51,974 bases of DNA from a virus (Duplodnaviria; Caudoviricetes): IMG/VR virus record IMGVR_UViG_3300031473_000132, positions 1 to 51,974 of that record; one strand, 5' to 3'. Below, in pieces: positions 1 to 8,667 of the stretch (position 1 is its first letter; each line of letters opens with the position of its first letter). The notes beneath the pieces were generated by a model. It saw nothing but the letters and a program-made list of their open reading frames with translations, made no database searches and was not told where the DNA came from. The translations under genes and the position numbers were made by a program.

Positions 1-171
1 ATGACCATCAAAAAGCCCATCACCGTAGACGAACCGCGAACCGCGCTGACCCCGCAGGAACGAGAGATCGCCCGGAAGGCCATGATCGATGCGATTCGTC
101 ACTGCCGGAAGCTTGGAGCGGAAATTCTTGCCGAGCGTGCCGACGCACTCCCGAACGACAAGGCGGCCTGA
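1..171 (+). CDS. Small hypothetical phage protein (56 aa, MTIKKPITVDEPRT...DKAA)
   Basis: Manual translation from ATG1 to TGA171. Confidence 0.55.
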   Translation: MTIKKPITVDEPRTALTPQEREIARKAMIDAIRHCRKLGAEILAERADALPNDKAA

Positions 172-336
172 GTGATAACGACTCCCCCGGTGCGTATAGC
201 GATCGGTGCACCTCTCCCCGCACTGATCGGGCTGCGCACCGGGCGCGTGGTTCCAGCAGCCACCCGCTCGACCCCTTTCGGCGGTTGCGATGCGGCAAAC
301 GTCGCAACCGTCACCCATCTCACTCAGGAGGTTCCG

Positions 337-621
337 ATGCCAACGACCGACCCGTTCCTCAATGTTCCCGATGATGCCGAGGTCCGTATTCGCTACTTCA
401 CCGGCACCCGCGATCAGCTGGCGATCGTCCCGACCGTCACCGAGGCCCGCCTCCGCCTGCCACGTCTGGTTCGTATTCCGGGTGTCCGAGAACTCCGGAC
501 CGTTGCCGCCTGGGAAGACGAGCGAGGCCTCTGCCAGATGCGCGCGATCGTCCGCGACGGCAAGACCACCCAGCGCTTCACCTGCACCCCTGTCCCTGTT
601 CTCACCCAGACAGCGGCGTAG
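337..621 (+). CDS. Hypothetical phage protein
   Basis: AGGAGG RBS before ATG337 within ORF 172..621. Confidence 0.7.
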   Translation: MPTTDPFLNVPDDAEVRIRYFTGTRDQLAIVPTVTEARLRLPRLVRIPGVRELRTVAAWEDERGLCQMRAIVRDGKTTQRFTCTPVPVLTQTAA

Positions 622-1045
622 AACCATGACATCCCTCGTTTTCCGTGGCCGGGATCGTCCCGCGCTCATCTCCATTCCCTCTCCCCTCGTGGCGGGCACG
701 ACGTCATCCCCTGACGCCCGCCGCCGGAACGTCCGTGTGTTGGGACGTCCCGCGATGCGCTCCGGTCATGTTCTCACTGCCGGTTGCGGGACCGACGTGG
801 CGAGCTGGGCCCGGCCGGAACGCATCGCGGGGTGTCGCAGCGATACCCCACCTCCATTCCACAAGGCCGGTACGGCCCTAATCCGTATCGACCTCCCAGC
901 CGGTGCCTTCACGCGGGGCACCGGTGCGGGGACCGATGCGCGTCGCATTCAGCTAGGAGGTCCAAGCGTCCGGACGGTTCCGGATCGCATGTCCACAGTA
1001 GTCCCGTTCGACCCGCAGCCAATCAATTCGACCGAAGGAAATCCC

Positions 1046-1381
1046 GTGGCTAATGTTGCCGATCCCCGCGACGACGCAATCATCGACCTTCGCATCGTCT
1101 ACAAGGCGATCTATCAGGAGTACCAGTCCAACGACGGCAGGATCGATTCGAGCGAGCAACACACGCTGACCCTGCTCGAGAGTGCTGCCAACGTCGTGTC
1201 GACCTACCGGCTGCGCGAGAAGGCCGCCGACGCCTTCGTGAAAGTGGGAATCAATAAATATACGAGGTCGCTTTTCCGGGACGCCGATGCGGTGATCGCG
1301 ATCTTCACACCGTCGTCGGATGTTCCCTCCAACGTGGTCCCGTTTTCCGGGCACGGTCATTCCCCGCTTGAAGCATCTTGA
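1046..1381 (+). CDS. Hypothetical phage protein
   Basis: GAAGGA RBS before GTG1046; protein-like composition only in this part of ORF 290..1381. Confidence 0.65.
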   Translation: MANVADPRDDAIIDLRIVYKAIYQEYQSNDGRIDSSEQHTLTLLESAANVVSTYRLREKAADAFVKVGINKYTRSLFRDADAVIAIFTPSSDVPSNVVPFSGHGHSPLEAS

Positions 1382-1435
1382 AACGCGAAAATGCCTCCCC
1401 GACCAACAGGGAGACACTTTCTACAGGAGGTTCCT

Positions 1436-1753
1436 ATGAACACGATCAATGATAACACCGATGACCCGGCAATTCGCTTCTTGTCCGAGAACCACGTCGT
1501 CCCGACTGACGAAGATCGAATGATTTGGTTCCTGATGAAATACGGCCATTATCCAAGCCGATCAGCCGCCGTTCTCGTGGCCGAAATGGGAGTCGCCACG
1601 GAGCACGCAATTGCCGATGGAACGATGACCATCAACACCGTTGACAACAAGCCGGTCGGAATCACACGCGACGAGCAGCTGCATAGCCTCGCTCAAATGT
1701 GCCTTATTGCTTGCCGGATGTTCCTGAACGACCAGAACGAGGTTGCATCATGA
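1436..1753 (+). CDS. Hypothetical phage protein
   Basis: AGGAGG RBS; ATGA overlap with next gene. Confidence 0.7.
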   Translation: MNTINDNTDDPAIRFLSENHVVPTDEDRMIWFLMKYGHYPSRSAAVLVAEMGVATEHAIADGTMTINTVDNKPVGITRDEQLHSLAQMCLIACRMFLNDQNEVAS

Positions 1754-2037
1754 TCGTCCGCAATGATTTTACAAACCAGAGAACCTCCCCGACCCGACCG
1801 GCACCCAAGCCCGCCCGTTCCCCGCGTCAGGTCGCGACCGGCGAACGCCTGCGCCAGATCAACGAGCAGGGGAACACACTCCACACGCAGTTGCTTGACG
1901 CGCTGGATCACGGTCGTCACGTCACTGCCCATCACCTCATCGACCGGCTGCTTGCATTGCACGACGAGCGGGACGCGGTGATGGCGGCAGCCCAGGACGA
2001 TGCCGGAATTCACGAGTGGGAGTGGATGCCGAGATGA
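1750..2037 (+). CDS. Hypothetical phage protein
   Basis: ATGA overlaps on both sides. Confidence 0.65.
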   Translation: MIVRNDFTNQRTSPTRPAPKPARSPRQVATGERLRQINEQGNTLHTQLLDALDHGRHVTAHHLIDRLLALHDERDAVMAAAQDDAGIHEWEWMPR

Positions 2038-2165
2038 CCACCACCACCACCACGCCGGTCATCGTCGGCATGATGTCGAACGGTCTCCTGATCGTCACCA
2101 GCGGGCACGGCCTTTATCTCGTACACCCTCAATGGCTCGTTACCTCCAGGAGCGTCACACGATGA
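2034..2165 (+). CDS. Small hypothetical protein (43 aa, MTTTTTTPVIVG...)
   Basis: Manual translation; ATGA overlaps at both ends. Confidence 0.5.
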   Translation: MTTTTTTPVIVGMMSNGLLIVTSGHGLYLVHPQWLVTSRSVTR

Positions 2166-2488
2166 GCAGCGTCCAGAAGCCGTACTCCCCCGACGCCGTG
2201 CCGTTGGTCGACTACGACGCCGGGTTCTCGTACGTCAAACGAAGCCTGGACGCCTGCGATGCGGACCGGATCGCGCTGGTCGCGAAACTCAGCGAGAACG
2301 CCCGCGACCGATCGTACGGCGTGAACGAGGTCGCGGACCTGCTCGACGTTGCGGTTCCCACCATCCACTCCCGGATACACCGGGGAAAGATGCCCTTCGC
2401 GGGATTCCGGATCGGCTGGGAGTGGCGATTTGCGAAGCACGACGTCCACGCCTGGATCGACGCCGCCAATTCCATCGCCGCTGACTAA
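2162..2488 (+). CDS. Excisionase-like helix-turn-helix DNA-binding protein
   Basis: YGVNEVADLLDVAVPTIHSRIHRGKMP..RIGWEWRFAKHDVHAWI fits the HTH_17/Xis pattern. Confidence 0.8.
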   Translation: MSSVQKPYSPDAVPLVDYDAGFSYVKRSLDACDADRIALVAKLSENARDRSYGVNEVADLLDVAVPTIHSRIHRGKMPFAGFRIGWEWRFAKHDVHAWIDAANSIAAD

Positions 2489-2545
2489 TCCACCCGCCGG
2501 GCGGCTTTCGGGTCGCCCGCTGCGTTGCCCGGAAGGACACACGAC

Positions 2546-3520
2546 ATGGCAGACAGAAACGCGCTCATGACAACAGACGACCAACCGATGCTCCCGGCCC
2601 AGAACGAGTGGGCGCTGATGATGGACATGGCGAGGGCGCTGGTTCCCACCGGATTCCTCCCGGAAACGATCAAGAAGCCCGAGCAAGCCGTCGCGATCAT
2701 GTTGAAAGGTCGAGAACTTCGGGTTCCGGCGATGTACGCCCTCTCCAACATCGCGATCGTCAAGGGCAAGCCGACCGTCTCCGCCGAGATGATGCTCGCC
2801 CTGATCTATCGCGACCACGGCAAGAAGGCGATCCGGATCAAGGAATCCACCAACGACCATTGCACGATCGAATACCGGCTCGATGGGTGGGATGGAACGT
2901 CCCTGTACACCTTCTCGATCGACGATGCAAAGCAGGCCGGCATCTACATCAACATGTGGTTGAAGTACCCCGCCCCGATGTTGCGGGCACGGTGTATCAG
3001 CGCGGTTGCCCGCATGGCGTTCCCAGAATCGATCGGCGGCATGTACGTCCCGGGCGAATTGGGCGATGAGGTCACGATCACCGACAGCGGGGAAGTCCTG
3101 AGCGTCTCCGGATCGATCGTGGATCAGGACACCGGCGAGATCGAAACCCCGCAGGACGCATGGGAGAGAGCATCCAGACGACTCCACGCGGTCGCCGGCG
3201 AACATGGCATCGGGCACGAGGTCCTGCACATGTGGGCAAACGAGAACGGATTCGCAAGCACGCGCGACATGCCAACTGACGATCTGGAATTTCTTGCCGC
3301 CGAACTCCGAGCCAACCCCGACGCCGCCAAGCGATGGGCTGCGAAACGCATCTCCATGAAGGCGACGCCAGCCGAACCGGAACTGGAACTAATCGACATC
3401 GAGCCGCGCCCGGTCACCACCGGACCGCCGACCGATGAAGAGGTCAACGCCGCATTGGCGTCAGCAACGCCGACCTCCCTGCCGTTCGACGTGCCTAATC
3501 CGGAGAAATACACACGATGA
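2546..3520 (+). CDS. RecT/Bet-like single-strand annealing recombinase
   Basis: PEQAVAIMLKGREL..PAMYALSNIAIVKGKPTVSAEMMLALI and WLKYPAPMLRARCIS..RMAFPE motifs. Confidence 0.75.
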   Translation: MADRNALMTTDDQPMLPAQNEWALMMDMARALVPTGFLPETIKKPEQAVAIMLKGRELRVPAMYALSNIAIVKGKPTVSAEMMLALIYRDHGKKAIRIKESTNDHCTIEYRLDGWDGTSLYTFSIDDAKQAGIYINMWLKYPAPMLRARCISAVARMAFPESIGGMYVPGELGDEVTITDSGEVLSVSGSIVDQDTGEIETPQDAWERASRRLHAVAGEHGIGHEVLHMWANENGFASTRDMPTDDLEFLAAELRANPDAAKRWAAKRISMKATPAEPELELIDIEPRPVTTGPPTDEEVNAALASATPTSLPFDVPNPEKYTR

Positions 3521-3687
3521 ATGCACTAATCGAACGCGCCGCCGAGGCAGCATATTGCGCCCATCATCGCGACATGTTCGATATCTCCTGGAAGGACATG
3601 CCGGACTGGAAGAAAGAACGATGGAGATGGGCAGCGAAGGCCGTCATCGAGACCGTGCAGGCACGGTTCAACAGAGAGGCCGCGTAA
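3517..3687 (+). CDS. Small hypothetical protein (56 aa, MNALIERAAEAAY...)
   Basis: Manual translation; ATGA overlap with upstream gene. Confidence 0.6.
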   Translation: MNALIERAAEAAYCAHHRDMFDISWKDMPDWKKERWRWAAKAVIETVQARFNREAA

Positions 3688-3689
3688 CG

Positions 3690-4625
3690 ATGGAGCAACT
3701 ATCGCTCGGAAGATTCCAACTCTTCTCTCCGCTCTCCGATGAACGGTATCAGGCGCTCAAGTCCGCCATCGCCAAGGACGGAGTGCTGGTTGCGGTCGAG
3801 ATCGACCAGAACGGTCAGGTGCTGGACGGCCATCATCGCATAAAGGCGTGGAACGAACTCCGCGCCGAAGGGGTTAAGGTCGCGGACTACCCGCGCATGA
3901 TCCGCACATTCGACAACGATGATGATCGCGAAGAGCACGCCGCCAAACTCAATGCTCACCGGCGCGATGTCTCGACGGAAAACAAGAAGCGCAACGCGTT
4001 GCGATGGCGTCAACGTGGTTGGCCGTATCGACGGATCGCGGATGCGTTGGCGGTGAATCACGAAACGATCAGACGGTGGATGCCAGAAGAAGAATCAGGT
4101 GTCGCACGTGCGACACCTGAACACCCAACAAGAGTGACCGGAGCCGACGGAAAGTCCTACGCCGCCACGAAGCCGAAACCGGCAGTCATGGCGACGTCCG
4201 CCAAGGAACAGGAACGGGCGCTCGACGCCCTTGACGATCTCGACGGTGATGAGTTTATCAGCACCGCGACGGGAGAGATCGTGACATCCAAGGATGTTCA
4301 GCGCGCGGCGAAGAATCGTCACCGAGATGACACCGAGAAGCAGGCAAAGTCGGAGCAGGCAAAGAGCGACTCCTATATGGAGGTAGTAGGCGATCCGAAC
4401 GGGAACGTTGCACGCGCACGTCTTCTCAACCAATTCTCATCGATCCGTACGTCGATCTATGACCGTCTGCTTCCGCTGAATGTTGAAGCAGTCGCCACCA
4501 CATTGGACGAACGCGACGCGGAGTTTACCCGTCGTTTCATCGTCGACTGCCGGTCATGGCTCGACGATCTGGAAGGCGAACTGTCCGGCGGGATTCGTCT
4601 CATCCGACGAAAGGATGCGAGCTAA
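3690..4625 (+). CDS. ParB/Srx N-terminal domain protein with HTH
   Basis: LSDERYQALKSAIAKDGV..VLDGHHRIKA motif; WPYRRIADALAVNHETIRRW HTH. Confidence 0.8.
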   Translation: MEQLSLGRFQLFSPLSDERYQALKSAIAKDGVLVAVEIDQNGQVLDGHHRIKAWNELRAEGVKVADYPRMIRTFDNDDDREEHAAKLNAHRRDVSTENKKRNALRWRQRGWPYRRIADALAVNHETIRRWMPEEESGVARATPEHPTRVTGADGKSYAATKPKPAVMATSAKEQERALDALDDLDGDEFISTATGEIVTSKDVQRAAKNRHRDDTEKQAKSEQAKSDSYMEVVGDPNGNVARARLLNQFSSIRTSIYDRLLPLNVEAVATTLDERDAEFTRRFIVDCRSWLDDLEGELSGGIRLIRRKDAS

Positions 4626-5179
4626 TGGCCTATACCAGCGCACTCAACACCGAAGACCGGGATTGGATCGATACGGAAATAAGCGAGATTGTCCGCGATC
4701 GCGCCTCCATCCGCACCGGAGAAGTCACACAGGATCTCATCGCCAAACTCGAAACCGTTGCCTCATCGGGATCGCCACAGGACGCGGTTACAGCGAGTCG
4801 TGTGCTCAGGTCACTCGCATTCGACGGCGTTCGCCGGCTTGTGGAAACAGCAATAAAACGTGAACAGGGGACGGTCCGACTCTCGGGAACCGGACGCGTG
4901 GTCAGTGTTCCCGCCCGTGTTGGAAGTCGCGTTCGTGACGAGGACGGCGTGTCGCTCAAAGTCTTCCAACAGACGCTTTGGTACGAAATGACATGGGATG
5001 ACTTCGTCGCCATGATCGCCAGTCGCCTCCACCACATCGCGCAGTTGTCAGACAAGGTAGCTGCCTTCCAGGAAGTTCTTCGATACCGCGACCAATTCCC
5101 GGAAACGCGAACTCCGGGCGAGGCATTGGAGCGCGCGGGTATTGATCCGCAGTCGATCGCCTTTGAAGAAGCAGCATAG
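4625..5179 (+). CDS. Hypothetical phage protein
   Basis: TAATG overlap with ParB-domain gene. Confidence 0.7.
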   Translation: MAYTSALNTEDRDWIDTEISEIVRDRASIRTGEVTQDLIAKLETVASSGSPQDAVTASRVLRSLAFDGVRRLVETAIKREQGTVRLSGTGRVVSVPARVGSRVRDEDGVSLKVFQQTLWYEMTWDDFVAMIASRLHHIAQLSDKVAAFQEVLRYRDQFPETRTPGEALERAGIDPQSIAFEEAA

Positions 5180-5190
5180 GAGACGGATTC

Positions 5191-6243
5191 ATGGCGCGTC
5201 GACGCTATCTGAGCACGGACATTTCAACTGACGTGGCCGTGAATCGGCTCGCGACGAACGCCGGTGACTTTGCTGCCCTGCTTTACACCTGGATGATCCC
5301 TCACGCCGGAGACAACGGACAATTGCCCGGCGATCCCGAGCAACTGATGTTCATCGTCTGCCCCGGACGGCGTGACAAACAGCCGGACGATATCCGTGAG
5401 GCGCTTGCCGCCATGGAAGACCTCGGGCTGATCTCGTGGGATATCGAAAACGGGATCGTCGAGTTCCCGGAGTCGTTCTACAAGCACCAGACCTACATTA
5501 CCGAGAAGCGCCGCACGGACGCGCACAAGAGCGCACCTTCCAAGCCGCAACCACACGAACCCGAGAGAAGCGATCCTCCGGCGCAAAACAGCGCAGATCA
5601 GCGCACTTCTGAAAATATCGCGGGAAACGGCGCTTTGTTTTCGTCTTCGTTATCGTCTTTGTCTTCGTTATCGTCTTCGGTTTCGGTTTCGGATGTTCCT
5701 GCGGAACCTGCGACGCACGCGTCGCCACCCCAACCGGACCCACCGGAACCACTCGAACCTGATCGGCCACTTACTCCGAGCCGAACGCCCAAGCAACTGG
5801 CGGCAGATATCGCGTTTCAGCGCCGCAAGGGGTTGTACGACGCATGGTGCCGCGGTATCGGGCTCGATCCGGACGGTGACGAGTCCGCCGTCGGGCGAGA
5901 TGTCGCATTCCGGAATCTCAAGCCGATCGTGCCAGAAGCATCGCCATCGATTCAGGACTTCGAGGCGTGTACCGCCTATCTCGTCTCTCAGGACTGGCGA
6001 ACCGATCCGCCATCGATCCCCCAGGTGATTCAGGGATTCGCGGCCTGGGTCTCGAAGGACAGGCCGGAGAAAGCAGAATCCAAGGTCTCGCAGATATCGT
6101 CACGACAAGGGCAGAGCCGATACGAAACTCCCGCCGAACGCAACGCAAAGTCGTTCGATGCCTACCGCGCAGAACTCCGAGACCAGATCCCCAACCCGTC
6201 TGACGATCCGAATGTGATCGACGTGAAAGTGAGCGGATCATGA
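5191..6243 (+). CDS. Phage replication initiator / replisome organiser
   Basis: N-terminal ALLYTWMIPHAGDNGQL..EALAAMEDLGLI winged helix, low-complexity linker, position upstream of helicase loader. Confidence 0.7.
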   Translation: MARRRYLSTDISTDVAVNRLATNAGDFAALLYTWMIPHAGDNGQLPGDPEQLMFIVCPGRRDKQPDDIREALAAMEDLGLISWDIENGIVEFPESFYKHQTYITEKRRTDAHKSAPSKPQPHEPERSDPPAQNSADQRTSENIAGNGALFSSSLSSLSSLSSSVSVSDVPAEPATHASPPQPDPPEPLEPDRPLTPSRTPKQLAADIAFQRRKGLYDAWCRGIGLDPDGDESAVGRDVAFRNLKPIVPEASPSIQDFEACTAYLVSQDWRTDPPSIPQVIQGFAAWVSKDRPEKAESKVSQISSRQGQSRYETPAERNAKSFDAYRAELRDQIPNPSDDPNVIDVKVSGS

Positions 6244-6788
6244 CTCCAAATGACCAGATTGTACTCAGCGAGGCCATCCAGGTGCTTGCTGACCACCACC
6301 CGAGACAAGACGTTCCCGTGTCGACCATCAAGGCGTATGTCGGATCACTCTCGGACCTGCCGATGGCCGCCGTGCTTCCCGCGCTCGAACGATGCGCCAA
6401 GACGATCAGGTTCTTCCCGAGTGTTGCCGAGATCCGGGAGGAAATCGGCGCGGTGGCCAACAACGCCGAGCTGATCGCCGAAACGGCATGGGTGGAAGTC
6501 GAACGCCAGATCCGGATCTGCGGAGCGACCAAGACGCAGACGTTCTACGGGGGTGAGTTCCACGAGTCGCCGGACCCGGAGTTCAGCACCGACCTGATCG
6601 GTCGCGTCGTGGAATCGATCGGCTGGCGGAACCTCTGCCTGGAACCGCAGTCCAAGATGCGCTTGGACTTCATATTCGCCTATCGGAGCCTCTTCACGGC
6701 GGCAGTGAGCCGCATCCAGCGGGGCACGATCGTGACCGGGGAACCCCTGCCGGCAAACGTCTCCAGCATGAAGGAAATCGCATCGTGA
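6240..6788 (+). CDS. Replicative helicase loader/inhibitor (G39P-like)
   Basis: LSDLPMAAV..TIRFFPSVAEIRE and AETAWVEV motifs; synteny. Confidence 0.7.
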   Translation: MTPNDQIVLSEAIQVLADHHPRQDVPVSTIKAYVGSLSDLPMAAVLPALERCAKTIRFFPSVAEIREEIGAVANNAELIAETAWVEVERQIRICGATKTQTFYGGEFHESPDPEFSTDLIGRVVESIGWRNLCLEPQSKMRLDFIFAYRSLFTAAVSRIQRGTIVTGEPLPANVSSMKEIAS

Positions 6789-6937
6789 AGCCGTATTACG
6801 AGCAGGAAAACCTTCACCTGTTCAAAAACAAATCCGAACACAACAAGGCTCATCGCTCGTTCGCAAATCTTCTCAAAAGCCTGATTGAGGACGGAACAGT
6901 CCGTTTCAACGCAGAGACGGGGAGGTATGAGCGATGA
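6785..6937 (+). pseudogene. Chimeric remnant: methyltransferase-like start fused to HNH-like tail (50 aa)
   Basis: MKPYYEQ followed by ENLHLFKNKSEHNKAH; GTGA and ATGA overlaps. Confidence 0.5.
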
Positions 6938-7743
6938 CATTGCCAACCCCTTATTACCACGATGAGAACTCCGGCATCACGATCTATCACGGGGATTGCC
7001 GGGAAATTCTTCCGGACCTTGTCCCAGAGTCGGTCACGCTGTTATGGACTGATCCCCCATATGGTCATGCGAACCAGAATGGTGATCTTCAGTCAGCTAG
7101 AGTCGGCGTCAAGGGCGCCCGACAGCGACAAGCCGTGCCCATCCGTAACGATGATGCCTTATCAATGCGAGAAGTTGTAGACAAGGCGTTAGAACTGTCT
7201 ATCCCGCTTCTCAAGAAGGATTCGTGCTGCTGCTGCTGCTGCGGAGGAGGAGGCCCGGAACCTACGTTCGCGTGGCTTGCAGATCGTCTGGACCGAAAGG
7301 GGCTTTCATTTTTCCATGCATTGATTTGGGACAAGACCGCCCGTGGTCCGGGCTTGGGGTGGAGATTTCGTCGAGACTACGAAATGGTAATGGTTGCTCA
7401 CGCCAAAGGAGGAAAGTTGTCATGGAATCCCGAAGCTGCGGCGACGTCGAACATCCTCAGATTTGCACCCGAACCAAACATTTACCATCCAACAACCAAG
7501 CCTGTATCCATGTGTCGGTCTTTTATTGGCTGGCACACCAGGGCAAATGATTTTGTACTCGATCCCTTTATGGGATCGGGCACAACCCTGCGCGCTGCCA
7601 AGGACCTCGGACGCAAAGCGATCGGGATCGAGCTCGAGGAACGTTACGTTGAGATCGCGATCAAGCGGCTCCAGCAGAGCGTCTTACCCCTCGAGGAACC
7701 CCTGTCCGATCCTGTGAATGGAGCGCGTCATGCTCTGTTTTAG
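6934..7743 (+). CDS. N6-adenine/N4-cytosine DNA methyltransferase (beta class)
   Basis: IYHGDC, TDPPY, HPTTKP and VLDPFMGSGTT motifs. Confidence 0.93.
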   Translation: MTLPTPYYHDENSGITIYHGDCREILPDLVPESVTLLWTDPPYGHANQNGDLQSARVGVKGARQRQAVPIRNDDALSMREVVDKALELSIPLLKKDSCCCCCCGGGGPEPTFAWLADRLDRKGLSFFHALIWDKTARGPGLGWRFRRDYEMVMVAHAKGGKLSWNPEAAATSNILRFAPEPNIYHPTTKPVSMCRSFIGWHTRANDFVLDPFMGSGTTLRAAKDLGRKAIGIELEERYVEIAIKRLQQSVLPLEEPLSDPVNGARHALF

Positions 7744-8209
7744 TCATCACTTGCAGGTTTTCCAACGCGTTGTTGTGCCCATCTACGTCAATGTGGTGCA
7801 CAACCTCCTCGGGTGTGAGAAAGCGCCCCATGTGCTTCTCCATCACGAGCCGATGCTCCATGACGTATCCCTTACTGTCCGCGAACGGATGATGAGGTGT
7901 GAGACAAGCCCAGTATCCCCCGTTGCGTCCATACGTGATGCGGCCTTGGAACGTAGGGTGGTTCTCTCCTCGAATGTTGGCACTCTGCCACGCCCATTTA
8001 CATTCCAGCGAACAGAACTTCTGGGATCTCTTCCCGGTAGACGAGATATCCGCCCCGCATTGCCGACAGTGGTTAGCCGGTGTGCTTCCCCATCTGGCGG
8101 CTCGGTAGCAGTCACGAGAACAATACTTCGAGGTTTTTTCACGCCCGTATTCGGGGTGAAAAGGCTTGTTGCATTGGACGCATTCAAGCGTCAGTGTTTC
8201 TCTTTTCAT
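7661..8209 (-). CDS. Zn-finger HNH endonuclease, antisense to early operon, probably leaderless
   Basis: CxxC/YCSxxC repeats; GYVMEHRLVME..VHHIDVDGHNNALENL; TGCTATAAT 6 nt before ATG8209. Confidence 0.9.
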   Translation of the reverse strand: MKRETLTLECVQCNKPFHPEYGREKTSKYCSRDCYRAARWGSTPANHCRQCGADISSTGKRSQKFCSLECKWAWQSANIRGENHPTFQGRITYGRNGGYWACLTPHHPFADSKGYVMEHRLVMEKHMGRFLTPEEVVHHIDVDGHNNALENLQVMTKTEHDALHSQDRTGVPRGVRRSAGAA

Positions 8210-8299
8210 TGCCACATTATAGCATGCGAAGAGAAATACTGCGAGATCGCCGCACGCCGTCTTCGGCAGTCCGTGTTGCCGCTGGAAGGTGTCGCCTAA
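7730..8299 (+). other. Stop-free bridging frame opposite the HNH gene, ending in a second methyltransferase C-terminus
   Basis: GGAG before ATG7730; ends CEEKYCEIAARRLRQSVLPLEGVA with TAATG overlap to next gene. Confidence 0.45.
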
Positions 8300-8667
8300 T
8301 GGTTGCTGCATACGCCACCACCTTCCTGCCCGAGAACGGCAAGCGCGCCCTCACCCCCGACGAGCAACTGGATGTAAATGATGTCTTAGACGCGGCTCAA
8401 GATTGGCAAGCCGGCAAGCTCCCGTGGGAAGCCGCCGCCAACGTCGGGACGATCCTCTGCGAAGGCCGCCCGTCCTCCGGGTATTCGCGCTTCATCGCCT
8501 TATTGCTCACCCCGAAGACCGATCCCCGCCGGCGGGGATTGGAGGCGCTTGGCAGGCACCTCGACACCCAGCAGGGGCTGCGGGTGACCCCGCGCGGCAC
8601 GTTCTCGCAGCGCGACATCAACGAGCTCCACGAGTCCGAGCGCATCATGAAACGGAGAGCAGCATGA
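8299..8667 (+). CDS. Hypothetical phage protein
   Basis: GGAAGG RBS before ATG8299. Confidence 0.65.
   Translation: MVAAYATTFLPENGKRALTPDEQLDVNDVLDAAQDWQAGKLPWEAAANVGTILCEGRPSSGYSRFIALLLTPKTDPRRRGLEALGRHLDTQQGLRVTPRGTFSQRDINELHESERIMKRRAA

Noticed and set aside
290-1045. N-terminal two thirds of the 363-aa ORF
   Set aside because: Overlaps a better gene in another frame, has non-protein-like composition, and a good RBS exists at GTG1046
3690-4625. ParABS partition system implying a plasmid prophage
   Set aside because: No ParA ATPase in the window and the element adjoins a chromosomal gene
7633-8299. Self-splicing intron or intein explaining the nuclease insertions
   Set aside because: No recognisable group I/II core or intein termini, little non-coding space, and flanking genes are complete without splicing
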